From positions 1-60,636 of IMG/VR virus record IMGVR_UViG_3300020580_000015: a stretch of 60,636 bases of DNA. One strand, written 5' to 3'. Both the position numbers and the translations under genes were made by a program. A model generated the notes under the pieces. The model was given only the letters and a program-made list of their open reading frames with translations. It was not told the DNA's origin and did no database searches. Position 1 is the stretch's first letter. Every line of letters starts with the position of its first letter. Source of the DNA: a virus. Its lineage: Duplodnaviria > Caudoviricetes. Shown here piece by piece: positions 1 through 8,269 of this stretch.

Positions 1-263
1 CATCGGCGACGGGCGCCCGGGGCGCTGCATCGGCGACGGGCTCCCGGGGCGCTGCATCGGCGACGGGCGACCGGGGCGCTGCATCGGCGACGGGCGACCA
101 GGGCGCTGCATCGGCGACGGGCGCCCGGGGCGCTGCATCGGCGACGGGCTACCGTGGCGCTGCATCGGCGATGGGCGACTGGGGCGCTGCATCGGCGACG
201 GGCTACCGTGGCGCTGCATCGGCGACGGGCTACCAGGGCGCTGCATCGGCGACGGGCTACGCT
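1..263 (+). repeat. 27-bp in-frame tandem repeat, ~10 units here plus ~2 at the window end
   Basis: gcatcggcgacgggc-NNNNNN-ggcgct; variable dicodon encodes AR, SR, DR, DQ, AR, YR, DW, YR, YQ, YA. Confidence 0.95.
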
Positions 264-425
264 GGGAAAGTGAAGGGTGCTCTGGGTTGCGCTCTGTTGC
301 TAGTTGAGCGAGATGAGAACTATAACGCCATTGCGGCGGCCGGCGCGATTGTCGGTAAAAAAGGCATCAAGCCGGATACCTGGTATGTGCTGAAGCGTGG
401 TAAATTTACGAAGGTGGCGGAGTAA
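1..425 (+). CDS. C-terminal part of a GAASATG-repeat protein (DUF7666-like); continues from 60255..60636 across the window junction
   Basis: Open frame from base 3 encodes (ASATGxxGA)n then GKVKGALG...GIKPDTWYVL; same repeat and compatible frame at the window end. Confidence 0.8.
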   Translation, partial: SATGARGAASATGSRGAASATGDRGAASATGDQGAASATGARGAASATGYRGAASAMGDWGAASATGYRGAASATGYQGAASATGYAGKVKGALGCALLLVERDENYNAIAAAGAIVGKKGIKPDTWYVLKRGKFTKVAE

Positions 426-432
426 TATCCAG

Positions 433-744
433 ATGCACTACATCATCAAAGTGAACGAAGATGGTAGTTGGCGCCGTGTGTATGAGAAGCCGGAGCCGGT
501 CTCGGCCCAGCGCGTCATCTACGCAAGCAAGAAAGGCGGCAAACCCGTGCGCATCGGCATCAACAAGGCGAAGCGCATCGCGCACGACGCCGACCGACGC
601 GATCAGCTCATCGTGCTCGCGAAGCTTGGCCCGGGACTGCCGCGCGAGCACAGCCACCATCAGCAGCTGGTGCGCTCGCGTCACCGGTACTATCACGAGC
701 AGCACGAGGAATTCATTCGTGAGCGATCAAAAGCAGCTGCGTAA
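433..744 (+). CDS. hypothetical protein
   Basis: ATG after GGAG, phage-like codon usage, operon context. Confidence 0.6.
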   Translation: MHYIIKVNEDGSWRRVYEKPEPVSAQRVIYASKKGGKPVRIGINKAKRIAHDADRRDQLIVLAKLGPGLPREHSHHQQLVRSRHRYYHEQHEEFIRERSKAAA

Positions 745-931
745 GAACACGGTGGAGACGCTAGCGCTGCTAGTCGAGCGCTATCCTAACCTGCGGCTCG
801 GGCAGATCCTGGGTAACGCGCTGGTTGGTGATCTGTATTACACGTCGGACGTCGAGCTGGCGCGCGGATTGAATCAGCTTTTCATCAGTTTTACGCAGAT
901 GGAAGCAGCAGGGATAATGAAACATGGGTAA
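719..931 (+). CDS. small phage protein
   Basis: GTG after GAGGA; ERYPNLRLGQIL...DLYY motif typical of small phage proteins. Confidence 0.55.
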   Translation: MSDQKQLRKNTVETLALLVERYPNLRLGQILGNALVGDLYYTSDVELARGLNQLFISFTQMEAAGIMKHG

Positions 932-1000
932 GATTTGCTCCTGGTGTACTAAACCGATGTTGGCGCGAGGTATGTGCGCCATTCAATACGAGGGTAAAGT

Positions 1001-1219
1001 ATGAGCGCACCGAACTTCACCATCCTCACGCAGAAAGAGCTGACCATCGATCTGTCGCGGCCGGCGATGCAGCACATAATCTCTGTACTGGAGGGGCGAG
1101 ATCCGCCTGTCATCAGCAAGAGCGCCGAATGCGAGATTGACAACTTCCGCAACACACTTCAGAATCTCATGGAACGATCCGAACCAAAAGCTGAAAACTT
1201 CGATCTGATAGGAGAGTGA
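1001..1219 (+). CDS. hypothetical protein
   Basis: GAGG RBS; tightly packed with next gene. Confidence 0.6.
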   Translation: MSAPNFTILTQKELTIDLSRPAMQHIISVLEGRDPPVISKSAECEIDNFRNTLQNLMERSEPKAENFDLIGE

Positions 1220-1220
1220 G

Positions 1221-1583
1221 ATGATTGTCCTCGTCACAGGCGGCCGCGACTACAGCGACCGTGACACGGTACGCAAGACGTTGGACCGCGTTCACGCCGA
1301 GCACCACATCAGGCTGCTCGTGCACGGCTGCGCCACGGGCGCGGACACCCTGGCGGCGATATGGGCGATGGAGCGCGGCATCCAGCCCGCCGGCTGCCCC
1401 GCACTGTGGGACTTCTACGGCAAGCCGGCGGGTACCATCCGCAACGGCGCCATGATCCTCCTGCGGCCCGAGCTGGTCGTAGCGTTCCCCGGGGGCGACG
1501 GCACAGCCAACATGGTCGGGCAGGCGCTGCAGGCCCGCATCCGCGTCATCAAGGCCGATAACTCTGACCTGGTGGGAGGCTGA
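1221..1583 (+). CDS. YspA/DUF2493-like SLOG family protein
   Basis: VLVTGGRDY...VHGCATGAD...RN..M...VAFPGGDGTANM motifs. Confidence 0.85.
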   Translation: MIVLVTGGRDYSDRDTVRKTLDRVHAEHHIRLLVHGCATGADTLAAIWAMERGIQPAGCPALWDFYGKPAGTIRNGAMILLRPELVVAFPGGDGTANMVGQALQARIRVIKADNSDLVGG

Positions 1584-1584
1584 G

Positions 1585-1971
1585 ATGGCTAGCAGCTACG
1601 TCAACCCCGACGCCTGCGCGCCGACAGCACTGTCGAAACTCTTCTCTGAATCTTTCGAGCGCGCATGTGACCGTATACGCCGCGCTGGCGGCGACCCGCG
1701 GGCTGTGACCCGAGACGTGTTTGATCGGCTCCTGGCGCCGCACGGTATCGAGCAGCGCACGATGTTCAAGCGGGCCGCCGTATTCGCCCGCTGGCGTCGT
1801 TGGAAGCGCGGGGCGTGGGTGGTTGTGGTCACAGGCGACGGCGCCAGCACCGGCCACTGCGTCACCCTGCGCGACGGCCGCGCTATGGGTAACCGCTGGT
1901 GCCGGTTCGAGCCGGGCCGCTTCCGGTACGAGTCCCTGAGAGTGCACGCCGCCTGGAGGGTGGCCGCATGA
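1585..1971 (+). CDS. hypothetical protein, possible papain-like Cys/His fold
   Basis: N-terminal CAPTALS and later GHCVTLRDG. Confidence 0.45.
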   Translation: MASSYVNPDACAPTALSKLFSESFERACDRIRRAGGDPRAVTRDVFDRLLAPHGIEQRTMFKRAAVFARWRRWKRGAWVVVVTGDGASTGHCVTLRDGRAMGNRWCRFEPGRFRYESLRVHAAWRVAA

Positions 1972-2477
1972 TAGTCATCATGAAATATTGCGGTAAGTGT
2001 CATGAGCACACGCCGCGCGGGCATCGAGGTAGCTGTAAGCCGTGCAAGAACGCCAGAGCCAGGGTACGTCGTAGTACGCCAGAAGGTAAAGCTGCGGCAT
2101 GTAAATCCTCGACCGATTGGCGACTGAAACACCTGGATCGCGCCAACGCTACGCAGACCGCACGAAGGTCGACTCCGCAAGGTGTAGCAGTCGTGTTGCT
2201 TCAACGCGCCCGCCGTCGCGCCAAGAGCGCAGGTTTACCATTTTCTCTTAGTCTAGATTCGTTGCGACAGAAACTTGAGCGTGGCGTATGCGAGGTATCT
2301 GGACTTCCTTTTGTTTTGACGCCATTTGGCAATCCGCGTCGTCCGTCAATCGACCAGATACGGGCCGGTGAGGGATACACACCACAGAACACCCGCGTAG
2401 TGCTTTGGGGTATCAACGTCGCTTGCCATACCTGGGGACTTGAAGCTATAACTGAAATTTTTAGGAGCGTCCCATGA
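1968..2477 (+). CDS. HNH-like homing endonuclease
   Basis: CxxC pairs, basic helix, CEVSGLPF...PSIDQI...GYTPQNTRVV...N; lower GC. Confidence 0.7.
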   Translation: MIVIMKYCGKCHEHTPRGHRGSCKPCKNARARVRRSTPEGKAAACKSSTDWRLKHLDRANATQTARRSTPQGVAVVLLQRARRRAKSAGLPFSLSLDSLRQKLERGVCEVSGLPFVLTPFGNPRRPSIDQIRAGEGYTPQNTRVVLWGINVACHTWGLEAITEIFRSVP

Positions 2478-3010
2478 AAGCTGTCGGATATGTCCGCGTT
2501 TCCACAGTGGAACAGGCACAGAGCGGTTTAGGGCTGGAGGCGCAGCGCGCCGCTATCACCCGGTGGGCCGCCGAGCGCGGTCTGGAGCTGACCATCTACG
2601 AGGACGCCGGCATTACTGGCACCTCTATGGCGAAGCGACCGGCTCTGGAGCAGGCGTTGTGCGATGCAAAAAAAGGCTCCGTGCTGGTAGCCTACTCCTT
2701 GTCTCGCTTCGCAAGGTCCACCAGGGACATGCTAATCATCGCTGAGCGGCTCAAGCGGCAGGGGGCCGACCTTGTAAGCCTGACGGAAAGCATCGACACC
2801 ACGACTGCCACAGGGCGTCTAGTGTTCACCTTACTGTCCGCCCTGAGCCAGTTTGAACGAGATCTTACGTCTGAAAGAACCCGTGCGGCATTATATGCCC
2901 TGAAGGCGCGCGGGGTGAAGCTGGGGCCGAAGCGGCCGAACCCCACCGCCGGCAACGAGGCCAACCGATTGAAGTGGGAACGGATCCGTGCTAACATGGC
3001 ACCCGCCTGA
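2474..3010 (+). CDS. small serine recombinase (resolvase/invertase family)
   Basis: GYVRVST catalytic Ser, SLSRFARS, IDTTTATGRL, FERDLTSERT. Confidence 0.92.
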   Translation: MKAVGYVRVSTVEQAQSGLGLEAQRAAITRWAAERGLELTIYEDAGITGTSMAKRPALEQALCDAKKGSVLVAYSLSRFARSTRDMLIIAERLKRQGADLVSLTESIDTTTATGRLVFTLLSALSQFERDLTSERTRAALYALKARGVKLGPKRPNPTAGNEANRLKWERIRANMAPA

Positions 3011-3032
3011 AACTTGACACTAGGAGCCAAAT

Positions 3033-3200
3033 ATGACTCGCAAAGACTTTGAACTGATAGCCAGTCTGCTACGCGCGGTTGGACTAGATTACGATACACA
3101 GCAATACGCCATCACCGCTTTTGCTGACGCTCTCGCAACCGCCTACCCTAATTTCAATCGCAGCAAGTTTTTGAAGGCTGCCGGAGCGTACAAGCCATGA
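3033..3200 (+). CDS. small phage protein (55 aa, not in ORF track)
   Basis: AGGAG RBS; MTRKDFELIA...PNFNRSKFLKA. Confidence 0.7.
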   Translation: MTRKDFELIASLLRAVGLDYDTQQYAITAFADALATAYPNFNRSKFLKAAGAYKP

Positions 3201-3373
3201 TCTACGCCTATCGATGCAGCCCGTGCGACCGCGAGAAGCTGGAGCAGCGCGCGGTCAAGCACATGCTGACGAAGCTTCCCAAGTGCGATCAGTGCGGGCG
3301 ACGGATGAAGTTCTTCATCTCCAGCCCGCCGCTCGCCATCGTCAAGAATCCAGCAGCGGGGTACCGGTCATGA
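3197..3373 (+). CDS. FmdB-like zinc-ribbon protein (58 aa, not in ORF track)
   Basis: MIYAYRCSPC...CDQCG...ISSP; ATGA overlaps on both sides. Confidence 0.75.
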   Translation: MIYAYRCSPCDREKLEQRAVKHMLTKLPKCDQCGRRMKFFISSPPLAIVKNPAAGYRS

Positions 3374-3870
3374 GCGACATCGTCACCGTCCCGCTGAATC
3401 CGCCGGCAGTGGTCGGCAGCCGCCACGGACAGCAGTACAGCGACTGGGCGTACAACGATCCCGCCGGCATCGTCACAGCGGCGTACCGCAACCTGCAGGG
3501 TGTCGAGTTCGACACCTTCGTGGCCCGCGGACTGTCTGGCATCCTCGTGGCGCCGCTCTTGGCCCGCGCGATGTCGCGCAACTTTCTGATCGTGCGCAAA
3601 CCCGACGAGAATAGTCACTCGTCATGCAAGGTCGAAGGCACCTTCGGGCGCAAGTGGATCTTCCTGGATGACTTCATCTCCGGCGGCGGCACATTCCGCG
3701 CGTGCCGTGAAGCCGTCGAAAGACACGCTCGCGTGCCGCACGAGCTGATCGGCGCCTACTGCTATCAGACTCCGCCGTGGGAGTACACTGAGGCGCCAAG
3801 GTGCGCGGCGAACTGGGGGCAGTTCCGTTACTGGGATATAAACACCAACGGGTGGCTAGACAGCATATGA
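3370..3870 (+). CDS. type I phosphoribosyltransferase-like protein
   Basis: RGLSG, IVRK, WIFLDDFISGGGT PRPP-binding loop. Confidence 0.8.
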   Translation: MSDIVTVPLNPPAVVGSRHGQQYSDWAYNDPAGIVTAAYRNLQGVEFDTFVARGLSGILVAPLLARAMSRNFLIVRKPDENSHSSCKVEGTFGRKWIFLDDFISGGGTFRACREAVERHARVPHELIGAYCYQTPPWEYTEAPRCAANWGQFRYWDINTNGWLDSI

Positions 3871-4001
3871 GTGTCACTATTCGCATCATCGATTACAAAA
3901 ATCTTCGCCGCAGCTACGTGCTGTGGCGGAACGCTCACCCAGCCATCCTGGACTGGTACAAGCGGTGGATGGATAACTGGAGAGCAACAACAAATGCGTA
4001 G
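3867..4001 (+). CDS. small hypothetical protein
   Basis: ATGA overlap with upstream stop. Confidence 0.4.
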   Translation: MSVTIRIIDYKNLRRSYVLWRNAHPAILDWYKRWMDNWRATTNA

Positions 4002-4260
4002 CAATCATCCCTGGCGCGAAGCCAGTCCCGGCGTGAAGACCATCGACCCGGTGGTCAGCACCCGCAGCGCATCGTTCGCTGCATATCTATACGCGCTGCC
4101 GCGCGAGGAGCGCCGGCAGATCGAGGCGGCGGAGCGCGCGTTCGTGCTGAAGGCGAACGCCTTCACCAGTCCGCAGCGATCTGCGGCCAGGGATCATGCC
4201 GGCGGCATGCTCGGCGTAAAGGAAAACGAGCCGGCGGACTACCGCGGGTTCGTTGTTTGA
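3994..4260 (+). CDS. hypothetical protein
   Basis: GGAG RBS, codon usage. Confidence 0.55.
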   Translation: MRSNHPWREASPGVKTIDPVVSTRSASFAAYLYALPREERRQIEAAERAFVLKANAFTSPQRSAARDHAGGMLGVKENEPADYRGFVV

Positions 4261-4284
4261 CAGGGGGCAGATTTCTGTTACTCT
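4257..4284 (+). promoter_or_regulatory. sigma70-like promoter
   Basis: TTGACA-16 nt-TACTCT upstream of AAGGAG RBS of 4329. Confidence 0.6.
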
Positions 4285-4328
4285 GAAAATGTAGCTACTG
4301 TTTTTCAACCTTAAGGAGATCGAAACCG

Positions 4329-4733
4329 ATGAACCACGCAAAAATTGCGGCCGCGCTCCACGCGCTCGCCGACGCCTTCCTCGAAGGCGTAGAGACTGTC
4401 GAGACCGCCGTGACAGGCGGCAAGAAAGGCGGTAAAAAGGCCGCCGCAGAGACATCGGCGGCACCCGCTGCCGGCGCAGCTCAGACCCCCGCCCCGGCGC
4501 TCACGCCGGCACCCGCTGTTCCGACCATCGACAAGGCGAAGCTGAACGCGGCCGTCCTCAAGGTGGCCGCGAAGAGCCGTGACGCGGCGGAAGCGATCCT
4601 AGCCCGCTTCGGTGCGAAGAACACCGTGACGCTGCCCGCTGAGCAGTGGCAGGCGGTGTTCGACGCGTTCGAAGAGGAGATCGCGAAGATCGACGCGGCC
4701 GCTGTGCAGGTCGCACAGGCGTCACTGGTCTGA
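4329..4733 (+). CDS. Ala-rich protein upstream of the DUF2800/DUF2815/PolA module
   Basis: Strong RBS; Ala/Pro linker then helical AEAILARFGAK domain. Confidence 0.7.
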   Translation: MNHAKIAAALHALADAFLEGVETVETAVTGGKKGGKKAAAETSAAPAAGAAQTPAPALTPAPAVPTIDKAKLNAAVLKVAAKSRDAAEAILARFGAKNTVTLPAEQWQAVFDAFEEEIAKIDAAAVQVAQASLV

Positions 4734-4743
4734 CCGTCTAGCC

Positions 4744-4803
4744 TCCACACTCGCCCCTAGATTCACTAGTAGGGAGCGGCGAGATCCGACGGGCGGGTGT
4801 GGA
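4744..4803 (+). ncRNA. putative intergenic three-way-junction RNA structure
   Basis: 13-bp stem 4744-4756/4791-4803 enclosing hairpins ctag/ctag and cgg/ccg. Confidence 0.35.
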
Positions 4804-4824
4804 TGTGCTTTAGGAGCTGAAGCT

Positions 4825-4977
4825 ATGAAATGGAAAATGAGCATCCAGCAGTACGCGCACGAGATCAGCTATGTCTGGACCGTGCGGCAGAAAGTCAGTC
4901 TCTGGCTACGTAGCCGCACGCTGTGGCTTTCCATCTGGCTAACCGCGCGGAAAATGAAGAGGAAGTGGCAGCATTGA
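4825..4977 (+). CDS. small Trp/basic-rich protein (50 aa)
   Basis: AGGAG RBS; stop overlaps TTG of next gene. Confidence 0.5.
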   Translation: MKWKMSIQQYAHEISYVWTVRQKVSLWLRSRTLWLSIWLTARKMKRKWQH

Positions 4978-5387
4978 TCATCCACGACCGGCCGCCGAAC
5001 TTCGAACTGATTAAGGCTGCGTTCCCGGGCGCGGAGAAGCCTGGGGTTATTTTTGCGTACGCGGGTAATATTTACCACCCTACCGGTGGCGTCATTCCGC
5101 CGGCACTGATCGCGCACGAAGAGGTGCACTTGAAGCGCCAGATCATGCACGGTGCCGACATCTGGTGGGACCACTATCTGCGCGACTCCGAGTTCCGCTA
5201 CCACGAAGAGCTGTTGGCGCACGTCGCCGAGTTCAACATGCAGAAGGTCACAAAAGATCGCAACTTCGGCGCCGCGTTGTTGATGCGCACCGCCATGCGG
5301 CTGGTGGCGCCGCTGTACAATTACCAGCCTCCTCGCACCTTGCAGGAAGCGATGAAAGACATACGCCGGGAGATCGCACATGCTTAA
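4974..5387 (+). CDS. putative HExxH zinc metallopeptidase
   Basis: LIAHEEVHLKRQ...RYHEELLAH. Confidence 0.6.
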   Translation: MIIHDRPPNFELIKAAFPGAEKPGVIFAYAGNIYHPTGGVIPPALIAHEEVHLKRQIMHGADIWWDHYLRDSEFRYHEELLAHVAEFNMQKVTKDRNFGAALLMRTAMRLVAPLYNYQPPRTLQEAMKDIRREIAHA

Positions 5388-5661
5388 GAAATTCGAGAGC
5401 TGGCTGTTCCACCGTCTGTTTCCTAAACAGCGCGCCGTCATATTTTATGCGGCAAAGGTCTGTGCTGAGGCGGAGGTGGGTCGTAAGTACCGCAAAATGC
5501 TCTACAGTATGCAGCGCTCCCCGCTCGATGAAAGCGTATGGGTGCGCAAGTTCGTCACCCTCGATGCCGACTACGATAAACTGGAGCAAGAAACGTCCAA
5601 ACTGCGCACGGAGAATCTAGGCTTGAAAACCTCGTTGGCGATTCTACAAGAGCGGAAATGA
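5380..5661 (+). CDS. hypothetical protein
   Basis: GGAG RBS; overlaps neighbours; C-terminal coiled coil. Confidence 0.6.
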   Translation: MLKKFESWLFHRLFPKQRAVIFYAAKVCAEAEVGRKYRKMLYSMQRSPLDESVWVRKFVTLDADYDKLEQETSKLRTENLGLKTSLAILQERK

Positions 5662-6863
5662 GCGGCACGCACTCAATCCTGGCACCGTCCGGCTCGTCGC
5701 GCTGGCTGCGATGCGTCGGCGCGCTGTATCTGTCGCGCGGCGTGCAGGATCCAGACAAGGAACACAGCGCCAGCGGGACGTGCTCGCACTGGCTGCTGCA
5801 GTGGCAGCTTGAGAATCCGACGCTCGACCTGGACAGCTGGCTCGGCAAAGAGCTGACGTTCGGCGACAACCCGCCGTTCAAGTTCAAGATCGACGAGGAG
5901 CGTCTGGACCGCGTCCGCTCGTGCGTCGCCGTGATCAATCGCGAGCCTGGCGATATGCTGGTTGAACACCGGCTCGATACGACGCCGGTCCTGGGCGTGC
6001 CAGATCAGCAAGGGCACAGCGACATCATCAAGCTGTATCCCGAAGGCGGCGCGGTCATCCGCGAGCAGCTGTACAAGGGCGTGCTCAGCGTGCACGACTA
6101 CAAGGACGGGTACCTACTCGTCAACGCAAGGGACAACACGCAGGGTCTGATCTACCTGTGCGCCGCGATGACCGAGTTCAGCATGATCGGCGATTTCAAC
6201 GCGTTCCGATTCTGCATCCACCAGCCAAAGCTACATCACTACGACGAGTGGACCTACACGCGCGCCGAGCTGGAAGCGTTCATGGCGCTGGTGCGGCCGG
6301 TGGCGAAGCTGGCGTACGACATCTATCACGAGAACGTACCGTTCGATCCGGCGGCGCACCTGGTTGCCGGCGAGGAGCAGTGCACCCACTGCCCGGTCCG
6401 CGGCCGCTGCGTCGCGCGTGCGAAGCGCGTCATGAGTATGTTCGAGCCGCTGGTGAAGCGGCACGAGCTGGATGACAAGTCGCTCGGCATCGTGTACGCG
6501 CAGCTCGATGAGATCGAGGCAGCGATCACGGACTTCCGCGCCGAAGCGTTACGCCGTGCGAAGATCGGCGTCATACTCGAAGGTCAGAAACTGATCTACG
6601 GCAACAAGGGCAAGCGTGTGTGGGTCGACAAGGCCAAGGCACAGGCGGCGCTGGAGATGACGCTGGAGCCGGAGAAGCTGTACGAGCCGCGCGAGATCAT
6701 CTCGCCGACGCAAGCGGAAAAGATTTTGAAGAAAGGCTACGAAGCCATCGAAGATCTGGTGACACAGTCGGACCCTCAGCTCCGCCTCGTGCCGCTGGAT
6801 CACAAGGGAGAGGCGGTGACGCCTGTCCAATTTATCCCGACGCAAGAGCCGGGACTGATCTAA
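5658..6863 (+). CDS. DUF2800 PD-(D/E)xK (Cas4-like) nuclease
   Basis: HSILAPSGSSRWLRC, GHSD, DYKDG, NTQ, IHQP, C-x2-CP-x4-C. Confidence 0.85.
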   Translation: MSGTHSILAPSGSSRWLRCVGALYLSRGVQDPDKEHSASGTCSHWLLQWQLENPTLDLDSWLGKELTFGDNPPFKFKIDEERLDRVRSCVAVINREPGDMLVEHRLDTTPVLGVPDQQGHSDIIKLYPEGGAVIREQLYKGVLSVHDYKDGYLLVNARDNTQGLIYLCAAMTEFSMIGDFNAFRFCIHQPKLHHYDEWTYTRAELEAFMALVRPVAKLAYDIYHENVPFDPAAHLVAGEEQCTHCPVRGRCVARAKRVMSMFEPLVKRHELDDKSLGIVYAQLDEIEAAITDFRAEALRRAKIGVILEGQKLIYGNKGKRVWVDKAKAQAALEMTLEPEKLYEPREIISPTQAEKILKKGYEAIEDLVTQSDPQLRLVPLDHKGEAVTPVQFIPTQEPGLI

Positions 6864-6881
6864 AGCAACAGGAGATTGAAA

Positions 6882-7556
6882 ATGTCGAATGAAAATGTAC
6901 TCCGTCAGATAAAGATGGACAACGTGCGGCTTCTGCGCGTGTCGCTTACCAAACAGTACATCGGTAAGGACGCGAAAATCGATCCGACCACGGGCAAGCA
7001 GGAAGGCAAATACCACATCGATGCGGTGTTCGCCCCGACCCATCCGCAGTTCCCCGAGCTGCAGAACCTGATCCGCGGCGTCGCGACGGCGAAGTGGAAA
7101 GAGCAGACGCAGCAGACACTGGACATGATCAAGGGAAACAACCAGCGCTTCCCGCTGCAGCGTGGCGATCAGTACCGACCGGGCAAGCCGGCATACGCGG
7201 GCATGCTGTACATCAGCGCTGGAAATAAGGATCAGCCCACGATCCTCGTGACCGAGAACGGTGTGAACATCGCGAACCGGAACACGCCCGTGATCCTGAC
7301 GCCGAGTCACCCGTGCTACCCGTACGAAGGCTGCTACGCCAACGTGCTGCTGGAGTTCTACACGTACCTGTACGGCAACAGCCCCGGCCTGGGGTGCAGC
7401 GTGCTCGGCGTGCAGTTCAACAAGCACGGTGAGCGGTTGCGCGGCAGCTCGGTGGCGAGCGGCAGCGAGTTCGGATTGGTCCCCGCCGACGCGGACGGCG
7501 CGCCGGCAGGCGCGATTGCTCCGGCCGCGCAGACTGGCGGCGCAGGCTTGATCTAA
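6882..7556 (+). CDS. DUF2815-like ssDNA-binding protein
   Basis: PLQRGD, YEGCYANV, LLGVQF-type GVQFNKHGERL motif; position between DUF2800 and PolA. Confidence 0.8.
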   Translation: MSNENVLRQIKMDNVRLLRVSLTKQYIGKDAKIDPTTGKQEGKYHIDAVFAPTHPQFPELQNLIRGVATAKWKEQTQQTLDMIKGNNQRFPLQRGDQYRPGKPAYAGMLYISAGNKDQPTILVTENGVNIANRNTPVILTPSHPCYPYEGCYANVLLEFYTYLYGNSPGLGCSVLGVQFNKHGERLRGSSVASGSEFGLVPADADGAPAGAIAPAAQTGGAGLI

Positions 7557-7575
7557 ACAGAGTTCCCGAAAGGGT

Positions 7576-7676
7576 GGGGCCGAGTCACTGGTGTGGCGGG
7601 CGAGGGTGAAGTCGGACTGCAAACGAGCAATCCCAAGCTTCTTGGTTCGATTCCGAGGTAGTGATCACAAGGCCCC
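7576..7676 (+). ncRNA. tRNA-Cys(GCA)-like structured RNA with an insertion, inside an outer GGGGCC/GGCCCC stem
   Basis: T-arm cttgg-TTCGATT-ccgag 7641-7657, CTGCAAA loop 7617-7623, acceptor-like tcactg/tagtga. Confidence 0.5.
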
Positions 7677-7691
7677 AATTTTACAGGAGCT

Positions 7692-7829
7692 ATGAAGATG
7701 ACCGAAATCAGAATAAAGTTGGTGACGGAGGACCGTCTAGGTTCTCAGGTTGTAGAGCCTGTCGCCGTCGAAGTGGAAGATGACGGATCTATCACAATAA
7801 TTGTTGAAGCATGGAGACAGCCACAGTGA
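7692..7829 (+). CDS. small acidic protein (45 aa)
   Basis: AGGAG RBS; MKMTEIRIKLV...VEAWRQPQ. Confidence 0.55.
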   Translation: MKMTEIRIKLVTEDRLGSQVVEPVAVEVEDDGSITIIVEAWRQPQ

Positions 7830-8269
7830 CCGAAGCACAGAAACGATGGCCTAGCTTTGGATACATACAGGTACCGGGATTGGCTAACCGCCTAATTTCT
7901 CGCTACCTGCGCACGCAGCGCAAGAACATGCTACGCTTCTTCCAGGAGCGCGGTCTGTACGCGCTCGCGGAGAGGATGAAGCAGATCCGAAACTCAAGAC
8001 AGGGCATGCTCGCCAAGAACCGATACTTCCAACAGGTGCTAAATGAATACTCGAAACTCGCTACTCCCGCCACCGCCACCGTCACTAGCGTCCTGGAAGC
8101 CTGCTACAATCGCCGACGACCGCAATCGTCGCCGTACCGGAAGCCGCTGATCAGCAGGCTGCCGGGGACCAGCACCTGGGTGTGCCGGTACCGTAGCAAT
8201 ACCGGAGTGCACGGCTATGGACTGACGCCGATGCTGGCGTACCTCTCCTGGCGCGAGTACTTGTGTTGA
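7826..8269 (+). CDS. hypothetical protein (3' frame uncertain)
   Basis: GTGA overlap start; basic helical N-terminal half. Confidence 0.5.
   Translation: MTEAQKRWPSFGYIQVPGLANRLISRYLRTQRKNMLRFFQERGLYALAERMKQIRNSRQGMLAKNRYFQQVLNEYSKLATPATATVTSVLEACYNRRRPQSSPYRKPLISRLPGTSTWVCRYRSNTGVHGYGLTPMLAYLSWREYLC

Noticed and set aside
1-263. CRISPR array or DGR variable repeat
   Set aside because: The variable part is only 6 nt and in frame within a protein; no cas genes or reverse transcriptase in the window
3214-3369. N-terminal extension of the PRTase ORF as given in the track
   Set aside because: Region is better explained by the zinc-ribbon gene 3197-3373 with ATGA coupling to ATG 3370
5658-6863. 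Cas4 of a CRISPR system
   Set aside because: DUF2800 in the standard DUF2800-DUF2815-PolA replication module
6549-7622. Long antisense/shadow ORFs (also 37349-38374, 37957-39126, 32932-33783)
   Set aside because: Opposite well-supported genes; expected from GC-rich codon bias; no motifs
7576-7676. tmRNA or functional canonical tRNA
   Set aside because: Too short for tmRNA with no tag ORF; anticodon arm is interrupted, D-arm is poor and there is no CCA
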